In this document: piece after piece, positions 1-9,015 of the stretch | Layout: every line of letters begins with the position of its first letter | Numbering within the stretch: the first letter of the stretch is position 1 | Position numbers and translations under genes: made by a program | Source: a virus | Virus record (IMG/VR): IMGVR_UViG_3300003323_000541 | Coordinates: 35,902 to 99,901 of that record | DNA length: 64,000 nt | Direction: 5' to 3' (one strand) | The notes under the pieces: generated by a model | Seen by the model: the letters and a program-made list of their open reading frames with translations, nothing else | Databases searched by the model: none | Told to the model about the DNA's origin: nothing

Positions 1-24
1 GGACTCAAGAAAAACGCCGGAAAC

Positions 25-525
25 ATGTTGATTAATTATTCTACATTCAAATCCGGACTAGCATCTGATATTGGTGATGTTACTGCTGATAGTGTTTCAA
101 CTGATACTATCACTGAGGATACATCTGGAGCAGGTGTTACAGTAGATGGTGTAGTGGCTAAAGATGGTATAGTTATATCTAAACCCACTCCTGTAGCTAT
201 TAACGCTACAGCAACTGCTACAGCAGCTCAAATACTCTCCGGATATATTACATCTACATCAGCCGCTGCAGTAACTCTAACACTCCCTTTAGCAGCAGAT
301 TTAGCAACTGCACTTGGAGCTACAAGAGGTACATCATTTGAATTTGCTGTAGATAACTCTGCCGGAGCTAATACAGTAACAGTAGCAGTTAACACAGGTA
401 TTACAACCAATACTCCTGCTATTACCGGTGGGTCCACACTAACAGTGTCCACAGCCAACGCAGTAGGTATATTTAGAATTGTATTTATTACCGCTACAAC
501 TGCTAAGATTTTTAGAATAGCATAA
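25..525 (+). CDS. Virion structural protein (head decoration/fibre-like), possibly 5'-truncated
   Basis: Ala/Thr/Gly/Val-rich; ATATAAQILSGYITSTSAAAVTLTLP segment resembles phage decoration/fibre proteins; frame is open back to position 1. Confidence 0.5.
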   Translation: MLINYSTFKSGLASDIGDVTADSVSTDTITEDTSGAGVTVDGVVAKDGIVISKPTPVAINATATATAAQILSGYITSTSAAAVTLTLPLAADLATALGATRGTSFEFAVDNSAGANTVTVAVNTGITTNTPAITGGSTLTVSTANAVGIFRIVFITATTAKIFRIA

Positions 526-884
526 TGAAAGCTAAAACCGCTTATATATTAATAGGAACTCTAGGGCTGCTTTGTGTGGCTCTAGGGATCTTATTAGGTA
601 TAAATATGGGTAAAAATAACACTAAGTCAAAAGAGATTGAAGCAAGAGAAGATTCTATCATAGTTCTTCAAACACAGAGAACTCAAATGGAAGAGGATAT
701 AGCATCTTTAACAGAAGAGATCAACAATCAATATGGAAAGCTTCAATATATGACAAGAGAAGTTAAACGCCTAAAAAAGAAAGTTGATGAAAAAGTTGAT
801 TCTGTTGGTCGCCTCAATGACCATGATACATTTTTGTACACCACAAAATACCTCACCAGCAGAGATACAACTGAACGGCGTTAG
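525..884 (+). CDS. Putative i-spanin (Rz-like)
   Basis: N-terminal TM helix followed by coiled coil; overlapped at its 3' end by a lipoprotein-like ORF. Confidence 0.6.
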   Translation: MKAKTAYILIGTLGLLCVALGILLGINMGKNNTKSKEIEAREDSIIVLQTQRTQMEEDIASLTEEINNQYGKLQYMTREVKRLKKKVDEKVDSVGRLNDHDTFLYTTKYLTSRDTTERR

Positions 885-1206
885 TGGAGTATTTCTATCC
901 TTTGATCATCTGCGTATGTATAACCAGGATATAGAAAGACTTCATGGATTAGAAGAAGTGGTTGTAAAACAAGATTCTGCTCTTACACAATGTCAAAGTA
1001 TATTAGACAATGGTAAGATATTAATTGCTGAAAAAGATGGAGTGATTGTCAATCTAAAGAAAGAAGTTTCACAAAAAGATGAGATAATAACCATCATGGA
1101 AAAAGATGCTAAGAAAGATAAGAAAAAGAAGATCTGGAGCATCATTGGTGGAGTTGGAGGTGGTATAGCAGCAGGTATAATCACAGGATTTCTCATAGCA
1201 AAGTAA
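784..1206 (+). CDS. Putative o-spanin/u-spanin-like lipoprotein
   Basis: MMKKLILLVASMTMIHFC signal ending in Cys, coiled coil, C-terminal Gly-rich hydrophobic helix; overlaps upstream gene in another frame. Confidence 0.5.
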   Translation: MMKKLILLVASMTMIHFCTPQNTSPAEIQLNGVSGVFLSFDHLRMYNQDIERLHGLEEVVVKQDSALTQCQSILDNGKILIAEKDGVIVNLKKEVSQKDEIITIMEKDAKKDKKKKIWSIIGGVGGGIAAGIITGFLIAK

Positions 1207-1215
1207 TGTTAAAAA

Positions 1216-1244
1216 CGTAACAAACGGAAAGACACTCCGTATAA
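1216..1244 (+). promoter_or_regulatory. ECF-sigma-type promoter candidate
   Basis: CGTAAC-N16-CGTATAA in the intergenic gap before 1265. Confidence 0.55.
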
Positions 1245-1264
1245 GACGTCTAAACATTTACCAT

Positions 1265-2377
1265 ATGACAGTACAACAATTTGACAAAAACGGAGATTTA
1301 CTTGCAACTTACAACTCCATTGAACAAGCCTCAGGTTATACTAATATATCTGAGAGAAAAATCAAAAGATGTTTATCTGGTGAGCTACTTACTGGAGGAG
1401 GCTTTGTCTGGAAAAAGCAAGAAGATCTAGATGTCCAAGTTATTAATGGAGCTGATTTATTATCCTCTGAAGAATTTAAGAATTCTGTTAAACTTTCAAT
1501 CTACGACAATCAGAGCAGCTCTAAATTACAAAATATGACTACAGCAGAAACATTAAGACTATTTGAAGAATTTCTTGAATGGAAGAATGGTGGCTCACCT
1601 AAATCTTCCCCTGTAAACGGCGTTAAATGCGATCAGGAAGGACTTCATGTAGTAGCTGGATGTATACACCTACCAGCACATAATAAGCGCTTATATGACG
1701 CGTTTTTGAATCTGTTATCAGATGTTGATTCAGAATTAAAAGGAATTCATTTAATTGGTGATATTCTCGATTGTAACAATCTTTCTTCACATAGTTTAGG
1801 TAATATATCTTCTTCCACCTTGTCTGAGGAATATGAGCTTGCTAATAAAGCATTAGACATGTTAGATGAGGCTCTTCCTAAGGAAGTAGTAAAGAACTAT
1901 ATATGGGGTAACCATGAAGAAAGGTATACGCGTGTTACAGCTAAGGTGGACATGGCTAAATTTGGTGGAGCATTACTCTCCCCTACAATAGCTTGTAAAT
2001 TTAAAGAAAGAGGTTATAGCGTTCAAGAGAACTACACTGATGCATATATTTCATTAGGTAATTATCTTGATCTTATTCATGGTCAATATACTACAACTAA
2101 TCCAGCTAAGAAACACTTAGATGCTTATAAGAAATCTGTAATGTTTGCTCACACACATAAGATAGACTCTTATTTTGATGCAGACAAAGCTTCTTTTAAC
2201 ATCGGATGGATGGGTGATAAGGATCATAGTTACTTTAACTATGCTTCAAGAATCACCAAAGCAAGCTGGCAAAATGGATTCTCAATTGTACACATTGATT
2301 CTAATGGTTATTATCATGTTCAACAGATCCATTGGTATAATGATCGCTTTTATTACGGAGGTAAATGTTATAAATAA
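1265..2377 (+). CDS. NUMOD1 HTH domain fused to calcineurin-like metallophosphoesterase
   Basis: N-terminal VQQFDKNG..YNSIEQAS..GGGFVWK (NUMOD1-like); phosphoesterase motifs GCIH, GDILD, GNHE, HG, AHTH. Confidence 0.8.
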   Translation: MTVQQFDKNGDLLATYNSIEQASGYTNISERKIKRCLSGELLTGGGFVWKKQEDLDVQVINGADLLSSEEFKNSVKLSIYDNQSSSKLQNMTTAETLRLFEEFLEWKNGGSPKSSPVNGVKCDQEGLHVVAGCIHLPAHNKRLYDAFLNLLSDVDSELKGIHLIGDILDCNNLSSHSLGNISSSTLSEEYELANKALDMLDEALPKEVVKNYIWGNHEERYTRVTAKVDMAKFGGALLSPTIACKFKERGYSVQENYTDAYISLGNYLDLIHGQYTTTNPAKKHLDAYKKSVMFAHTHKIDSYFDADKASFNIGWMGDKDHSYFNYASRITKASWQNGFSIVHIDSNGYYHVQQIHWYNDRFYYGGKCYK

Positions 2378-2400
2378 AAGTTAAAAAAGTTCATAAAAAA

Positions 2401-2429
2401 TGAAACATTTTTGTCCCTTAGACGTTTAA
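2401..2429 (+). promoter_or_regulatory. ECF-sigma-type promoter candidate
   Basis: TGAAAC-N16-CGTTTAA upstream of the tail gene block. Confidence 0.6.
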
Positions 2430-2472
2430 TACATGTTTAAGGGACTTTTTGTTTTTAACACAATTTAAAATA

Positions 2473-3180
2473 ATGACCTTAGACCAACTAATATACCAAG
2501 TCTACGAAAGACTGGACATAAACGCAGATGATACCTCAGCTGATGATCGATTAATAGAACAATTGATTAATCAACAGAGGTCTCTGTGGATAAGAAATGA
2601 ATATAATAAGAATCGGTCCATTGATGTTAATGTGGTACAAGACTTAGGTTGTATACCAATAATACCAGTGGACCGAGCTGTTGAATGCTGTGATGTAGCA
2701 TTAGGATGTACTATCCTTAGAACAGCCGAACCAATACCTAATACAATCGAATTACATCACGATGATACCATAACAAGGGTAGGACCTATTGACATGCTAG
2801 GAAGAGCCTATAAGGAGCTAGAATACCCCTCAGAGGTACAATTCTTTGGTCATGGTAGAGTTAATAGTGGTTTCATTTATTGGTTTAAAAGAAGTACCTC
2901 AAATGGACTCTATATCTATTTGGTATCAAGATCCAATGAACAAATGAAGCTCTTAACGGACATTAACGTTCAAGGGGTATTTGAAGATCCAAGAGAAGCT
3001 GGAAGATTCAGGACATGCGACAATAAACCATGTTGGAGTCCTTCACATAAATATCCAATGAATGATTGGATGAGCAATTATGTCCTGGGAGAAGTTGTTA
3101 AAATAATGGCTACTAAGATACAGGCTCCTCAAGATCTTGAATCAGATAATAAGGACAATACTAAAACGGACAATAAATAA
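2473..3180 (+). CDS. crAss-like tail ring/structural protein (ATG 2473 more likely than TTG 2449)
   Basis: Position before IHF-like/Ttub/Tstab genes as in Crassvirales; Q.LGC, GVFEDP, YPM motifs. Confidence 0.65.
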   Translation: MTLDQLIYQVYERLDINADDTSADDRLIEQLINQQRSLWIRNEYNKNRSIDVNVVQDLGCIPIIPVDRAVECCDVALGCTILRTAEPIPNTIELHHDDTITRVGPIDMLGRAYKELEYPSEVQFFGHGRVNSGFIYWFKRSTSNGLYIYLVSRSNEQMKLLTDINVQGVFEDPREAGRFRTCDNKPCWSPSHKYPMNDWMSNYVLGEVVKIMATKIQAPQDLESDNKDNTKTDNK

Positions 3181-3728
3181 TGAACAGGAAGGGGAAGAAG
3201 AATAAGATTAAGCCTGATTATTTCTTTAAGGACATATACAAATGGTTCAAGAAGAATATTCTTCCCGAAGAATGTCCATATGATATATCCTATGCTACCT
3301 GGTGTTCAATTAATGAAGAACTAAATGAAATGTTCATAGAACGCGTTTTAAGCGGTTCTGTTGAACGATTACCATGCAGACTAGGGTTACTAAAGATAAT
3401 CAAATATAAGCCTAAATTAAAGCTTAATTCAGATGGTGAGGTGGACTCTCGAAAGATACCTGTGGACTATAAGAAGACAATCGAATATTGGAGAGAAGTA
3501 TACCCTGGAAAAACCATCGAAGAAATAAAAGAGATTGAAGATAGAATTTATATCTATCACGATAATAAACACAGCAGAGGATATATAGCAGAGTTCTACT
3601 GGGATCGGAGATCCTCTAACCTACCTAATAAATCAGCTTACGATTTCATACCCTTTAGAAAATACAATCGTAAGATAGCTGCAATAATGAAAGATCCCAC
3701 TTCTAAAATAGATTATTACATGAAATAA
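3180..3728 (+). CDS. crAss-like IHF/HU-like DNA-binding protein
   Basis: Basic protein with LPCRLGLLKI HU-like strand and VDYKKT; conserved position in the crAss tail block. Confidence 0.65.
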   Translation: MNRKGKKNKIKPDYFFKDIYKWFKKNILPEECPYDISYATWCSINEELNEMFIERVLSGSVERLPCRLGLLKIIKYKPKLKLNSDGEVDSRKIPVDYKKTIEYWREVYPGKTIEEIKEIEDRIYIYHDNKHSRGYIAEFYWDRRSSNLPNKSAYDFIPFRKYNRKIAAIMKDPTSKIDYYMK

Positions 3729-3729
3729 T

Positions 3730-4536
3730 ATGGCCCTTTCAGGAAAATTAATACCACTAGATTCTATAATCGAAAAGGTTCAAAGTAACTTTAAATTTAA
3801 TGTGGAATTTGATTGGCAAGATGCTGCTGAATGGGTGGCATCTTTACTTGCTTTATTGGATGTACCTTCAGCTCTTGTTCAAAAGGTAACTGATGGACAT
3901 GATGGAAATCCACAACCTATAAAGATAGAAGATTATCGAGGTAATTTACCTTGTGATCTTCATTCTATTATTCAGACATCAAGGGACTTTTCTGATGCTG
4001 AATGCTCAGGAGATGTTCGTCTGGTACCTATGAGATATGCTACAGACACATTTCATACTAGATTCCATTGTGAGGATTGTCCTGATCTCTCGTGTTCATC
4101 AGGAGAAACCTATATAGTTAATAACAATCATATATTCACTAACTTCAAAGAAGGAACTGTATATATGTCCTATTTGGCTATTCCAACTGATGAGAGAGGC
4201 TTTCCTATGGTCCCTTACGAAGAGTCCTGGAGAAAAGCTATGGAATGGGAAATAGCTTATAGAATAGCATTTATCCTGTTTCTCAGAGACGAGATTTCTG
4301 GTGACAAGTTTCAGCTCATAGAAAGGGACAGAGACTGGTATTCAGCACAAGCTGTACATAAGGCTAAAATGCCTTCTATCGACGAATGGGAATCTATTAA
4401 GAACAATGTCATCAGAAGTATTCCTAAGATTAATCATCACAGAGACTTCTTCAAGAATATGCAGATGCCTGAAGAACGATATATTTGGCCACTAAGAAGA
4501 GAATTAAATATCGCCAGACCTAGCAATTTAAGATAA
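3730..4536 (+). CDS. Tail tubular/ring protein (P22 gp4-like)
   Basis: IEDYRGNLPCDL, TNFKEG.V..SY.AIPTDE.GFPMVP motifs; immediately precedes the tail stabilization gene. Confidence 0.75.
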   Translation: MALSGKLIPLDSIIEKVQSNFKFNVEFDWQDAAEWVASLLALLDVPSALVQKVTDGHDGNPQPIKIEDYRGNLPCDLHSIIQTSRDFSDAECSGDVRLVPMRYATDTFHTRFHCEDCPDLSCSSGETYIVNNNHIFTNFKEGTVYMSYLAIPTDERGFPMVPYEESWRKAMEWEIAYRIAFILFLRDEISGDKFQLIERDRDWYSAQAVHKAKMPSIDEWESIKNNVIRSIPKINHHRDFFKNMQMPEERYIWPLRRELNIARPSNLR

Positions 4537-7500
4537 TGCCGAAGATTACTTCATCATATATTCAAGGACTATCTCAAGATAGAGCTATTAGTAAGAACGA
4601 TAATAAGCACATAACATTTGGACTTAATATCGATCTTTCTTCATTTGATAACCCAGAGGATGTCGGTATAGTTACCAATCATTCTGGGACAAAGTTCTAT
4701 TGGAGATTACCTGATTTACAACCGGTATATAAAATAGAACTATCGGGGACCCTCGGTAATGGTTCTATAGGAATAGATACGGACACTTCGCTAATAACGG
4801 TATCTTCCACAACAACAATAAAGGATGTATACGATCAACTTATAATAGATTTTGGTGGACAAATAGCATCTGGGGATTATGGTATCCATTACAATAATGA
4901 ATATATCATCATCACGGGCTTTGGAATGAATCCTACACCTGTAGTCTCTGCACAGTTTACAGTAACTACTATTGTATCAGCACAAAGGGATCTATCTATT
5001 ATAGGTTGGACACAACTAGAAGAGGAGATAATTCTTCTCTCTACATCAAGGATTAATACCTCAGAGAACCCTTCTAATACTGCTGGACAAATATGGAGAG
5101 TTGAAATAGATGAGGAAACAGAAGAACCAATTGGTTTATCTGCAGGATCTCTTGTAGCAGCAACTCACCTTGTATATAATCAAATATTGAACTTTTCATT
5201 GGCTCATGAAATAGAAAGAGAGACCATAGCTAAAAAGGAAAGTTCCATTAAAGGAAATGTTTATTGGACTGATGGATATAATCCACCAAGGGTAATAAAT
5301 ATCTACAATCCTCAAAGCTTTGCAATTGATCCTTCTCTTTTAGATTGGACTCCTAGTGTGGACCATTCTATTCCTATTATTCAGGATATTATCGAAGGAG
5401 GAACCAATAGGGTGGGCAGATATCAATTTGCATACAGATATATCTCTAATGATGGTGCAGTAAGTACTTTTTCTCCTGTTAGCAATTTAGTTAATTTAAC
5501 AGATTCTACAGCAACAGAACCATATCAGGATTTTGATGGAGCAGAAGCCGGAACAGAATCAGGTAAGTCCATTAGGTTTAAGATAACCAACCTAGATAGA
5601 TTATTTGACTTCCTGGAGGTTGCTGTTGTTATATATGAAGTTAAGGATGTACCATTAGTATATAAGTTTGCAGAAATACCAATTGATGGTGACGAAATAA
5701 ATATTGTCTATACTGGTAATGAACCAAAGAGTCCTATAACTTTATCAGAGTTCGTTAATCCAAATACTTCGTTTAAAACGATTAAAACCTTTACACAGAA
5801 GAAGGAGAGACTATACCCAGCTAATACCACAACTGAAAGCTTTGAGGTTGATATAGACACCAGAGCATATAGATTTAAATCTTTGCAGACTACCACCCAA
5901 TTGTTTAAAAGAGATGGTACTAGTGATACATTAAACGGTACTACATTTGAAATTGGTGGTAATCCTGTACCTGATGAACATGATGCGGTGAATGCCTACA
6001 ATGATGAATCAGGAACCGTATTTGGGTCCATAGGTGCTGTTAACTGGACAGTTAATCATCAATATAAATATCAATATAATTCCACTAGATTAGGTGGAAC
6101 TGGTCCTGTTATATCTTATTCTTTCTTTAGAAAAGAACTAACCGGAGATGAGGTTAATGATACAGATAGGAGCAATGTACCTTTTGTATACCTTAATCCT
6201 ATTACAGTAACCAACGATAACTTAGGTATTACAGGACAAGATTATCCAACTTTCGGTCCGTATGATAATTTCAAGAGTCCACAGATGTCTTCTGTGTTTA
6301 AAGGACACGCACGAGGGGAAGTCTATCCATATGGTATAGTATTTACCAATAGTAAAGGACAAGAATCGTTTGTATACTGGATTGCTGATATAAGAATACC
6401 TGAACCATGGGAAGATAAAGACGCCGATCTATCGGTGGTTGATGGTTCCAATGCTGATATGTTATTCTTAAATTCTATAGGTATAACCTTTACTGTAGAC
6501 ACAGCAGCAGTTCTAGCGGCTGATCCTACAATTACAGGTTGGTATTTCGTTCGAATGGAAAGAAAGGAGAACGATAAAACCAGACATGGAATGGGAGTAA
6601 TCACTGGTATTGAAGCATTTCTTGACCCCAATGCAGATGGTTCTAGGATAGATTTAGCATCTGGTGGAAACGTAGATGTGTTCATGTTAGGAACAAGATA
6701 TGGACCTGACGCAGCTATTCCTGATATGCTAGACCTCAACAATAATTTCGACACTAATCCATTGATAGACCTCAATGATTCGAAATTAGCTAGCTACTAC
6801 TCTCCTGAGATTGACTTCAACAGATATTCAATAGGTACTGCAGCATTTGCTAAATTACTTCATGTATATAATTTCAAAACAACAAGATATTGGGCTGGAG
6901 AATTACCCGCTGGTAATAAAATAGTAGCAGACTATCGTAAGTTACAGGACATTGATAATTCCCCTGCAAATAACTATTATAATATAAATAAGAGTACTCC
7001 ACTAACTATAGAGACTATAGTTCCTAGCAACTTTAGTACTTCGTTAGGATCAAGGGACTATCATCATATATTTAACTATAAACCTGATGCTGGTGGTACA
7101 GGGGCCGATCATGAACTATCGGGATTTGGAACTAAAGGACTGTTCATAGAATTTGCTACAGACATTCCTACAATAACCCCACCAAATGATCAATTTTATT
7201 TAGCATCACTTGGCTCATTTAATATCGGACAATATGGTGGACCATGGAGAACCAACCGATATAACAGGATATATATATCAGCACAGTCTTACCAGCCAAT
7301 AAAGGTAGCTAACTCTCCACAAACTACTACTGTATTTGGAGGAGATGTAAATATGGTATACTATTCAAGGGTACTATCATTCATGCATTGGAAACAAGAT
7401 TACGGTTATCCTACAGCTACATCTAGTGGTCTTGGACAAGCTTATGAACCAGTTGCTGCAGCAATGTCTGCTGTAGCTATAGTGTTCCCATGTGAAAGTA

Positions 7501-9014
7501 CTGTAAACACAGAATTCTTATATGGTAAATATTGGAACAAGAGTCAAGTCTCCCAATTTAGTGATGATCACTTTGGGGATGGTATAAATGATAATGATGG
7601 CTTTGCCAGGTTCCTGGTAGATGAATACACCTACAATAATTCATATGATCAGGAGAATAACATAAAACAGTTTATAAGTAAACCGTTCAACTTTACTCCC
7701 GATGAATCACAGCCTAATTTTGTATGGGCAAGTAATCGGAAATTCGATCGTGAAACAAAGGACAGTTGGAGAATGTATCCGGTTAATAACTTTATACCAC
7801 TAGAGGGAATATATGGACCAATTAATAAAATAGTTAATCTTAAAGAACTATTGTTTGCATATCAGCAAAGAGCTGTTGCTAATGTATCTTCTGAAGAACG
7901 AGGAGCAGTCCCTGATGATGCAGGACAGGTATTCCAGGTGGGCACAGGAGATGTCCTATCGAGATACGATTATGTATCTAAAGAAACAGGAGTATCTCAC
8001 CAACAAGCAGTCGTAGTTAGTCCATCTTCTGTATTCCATTATGATTCCAGACTAGATAAAATGTTCAGACTACAGAAAGGTATAGAACCTATTAGTGACC
8101 TACTAGGGTTAAATACATTCTTCAAACGGTTCATAAAGGGCCCTATAAGAACAAATGAAAAGATATTATTAAGAAGTGGTATTCATGGATCTTATGATAG
8201 TAAACTAAGTAAGTGTTACTTCACGTTCTTAAACCAGATACCGTTCAAACATGGTGATATTACCTTTAGTATAGGTAATCCATCAACTATGACTATCAAT
8301 GCTTATGAACCCACTTATCTGTTTGATATACTTAGGAAAAGAGATATTATAGAATTAAATAATAATATATTTGAAGTAGTATCTATAACACCTACCAAAC
8401 TGGTTGTTAAAGGGGATGATATAGTAGCTAATCCAACATTTATATCTTTACATTGCACCGTTGCGTTCAATGAGTTCATAAATGCTTTTGAGAGCTTCTA
8501 TTCCTTTACCCCTTCATTATACCTCCCCACAGGTAAACGATTATTCTCGACTAATCCATATGATACTAATAATTCTGTATGGGTCCATAACAAAGGAGAC
8601 TACGGAGTATTCTATGGAAGAAGTCCACAACCCTCATTAGTAGAGTTTATACTAAACTTCCCTGATGAATCTAAATTACCGACATTCAGAGTAGATTATT
8701 TAGAATGGTGGAGCCAATCAATTGATAGTAATCGATTAGACGTTGTTCTAGACACTTTAAATGGTATAGAGGTATATAATGATTACCAGACTACAGATAA
8801 TAGCTTAGAAACGCTAATAGTGGGCTCTAATGTAGATAGAATGGAAAGAACTTGGAGAACCAATGTCATCAGAGATTGGACAACTCCCAGTGAAACCTTT
8901 AAAGCATTCTTGCGAGATAAATATGCTAAAGTAAGATTGAAGTATAATAACGATAATAATTATAAGTTTAAACTTCATGAATTCAATACTAATATAACAT
9001 TATCATATCATTAA
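4536..9014 (+). CDS. Tail stabilization/muzzle protein (P22 gp10-like)
   Basis: 1492 aa beta-rich; YWTDGYNPPRVIN, RGEVYPYGIVF, FESFYSFTP, LRDKYAKVRL motifs; crAss gene order. Confidence 0.8.
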   Translation: MPKITSSYIQGLSQDRAISKNDNKHITFGLNIDLSSFDNPEDVGIVTNHSGTKFYWRLPDLQPVYKIELSGTLGNGSIGIDTDTSLITVSSTTTIKDVYDQLIIDFGGQIASGDYGIHYNNEYIIITGFGMNPTPVVSAQFTVTTIVSAQRDLSIIGWTQLEEEIILLSTSRINTSENPSNTAGQIWRVEIDEETEEPIGLSAGSLVAATHLVYNQILNFSLAHEIERETIAKKESSIKGNVYWTDGYNPPRVINIYNPQSFAIDPSLLDWTPSVDHSIPIIQDIIEGGTNRVGRYQFAYRYISNDGAVSTFSPVSNLVNLTDSTATEPYQDFDGAEAGTESGKSIRFKITNLDRLFDFLEVAVVIYEVKDVPLVYKFAEIPIDGDEINIVYTGNEPKSPITLSEFVNPNTSFKTIKTFTQKKERLYPANTTTESFEVDIDTRAYRFKSLQTTTQLFKRDGTSDTLNGTTFEIGGNPVPDEHDAVNAYNDESGTVFGSIGAVNWTVNHQYKYQYNSTRLGGTGPVISYSFFRKELTGDEVNDTDRSNVPFVYLNPITVTNDNLGITGQDYPTFGPYDNFKSPQMSSVFKGHARGEVYPYGIVFTNSKGQESFVYWIADIRIPEPWEDKDADLSVVDGSNADMLFLNSIGITFTVDTAAVLAADPTITGWYFVRMERKENDKTRHGMGVITGIEAFLDPNADGSRIDLASGGNVDVFMLGTRYGPDAAIPDMLDLNNNFDTNPLIDLNDSKLASYYSPEIDFNRYSIGTAAFAKLLHVYNFKTTRYWAGELPAGNKIVADYRKLQDIDNSPANNYYNINKSTPLTIETIVPSNFSTSLGSRDYHHIFNYKPDAGGTGADHELSGFGTKGLFIEFATDIPTITPPNDQFYLASLGSFNIGQYGGPWRTNRYNRIYISAQSYQPIKVANSPQTTTVFGGDVNMVYYSRVLSFMHWKQDYGYPTATSSGLGQAYEPVAAAMSAVAIVFPCESTVNTEFLYGKYWNKSQVSQFSDDHFGDGINDNDGFARFLVDEYTYNNSYDQENNIKQFISKPFNFTPDESQPNFVWASNRKFDRETKDSWRMYPVNNFIPLEGIYGPINKIVNLKELLFAYQQRAVANVSSEERGAVPDDAGQVFQVGTGDVLSRYDYVSKETGVSHQQAVVVSPSSVFHYDSRLDKMFRLQKGIEPISDLLGLNTFFKRFIKGPIRTNEKILLRSGIHGSYDSKLSKCYFTFLNQIPFKHGDITFSIGNPSTMTINAYEPTYLFDILRKRDIIELNNNIFEVVSITPTKLVVKGDDIVANPTFISLHCTVAFNEFINAFESFYSFTPSLYLPTGKRLFSTNPYDTNNSVWVHNKGDYGVFYGRSPQPSLVEFILNFPDESKLPTFRVDYLEWWSQSIDSNRLDVVLDTLNGIEVYNDYQTTDNSLETLIVGSNVDRMERTWRTNVIRDWTTPSETFKAFLRDKYAKVRLKYNNDNNYKFKLHEFNTNITLSYH

Positions 9015-9015
9015 T

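Noticed and set aside
1226-1253. Second overlapping ECF-like promoter GGAAAG-N15-CGTCTAA
   Set aside because: Lacks the AAC and the 16-nt spacing shared by the three accepted sites
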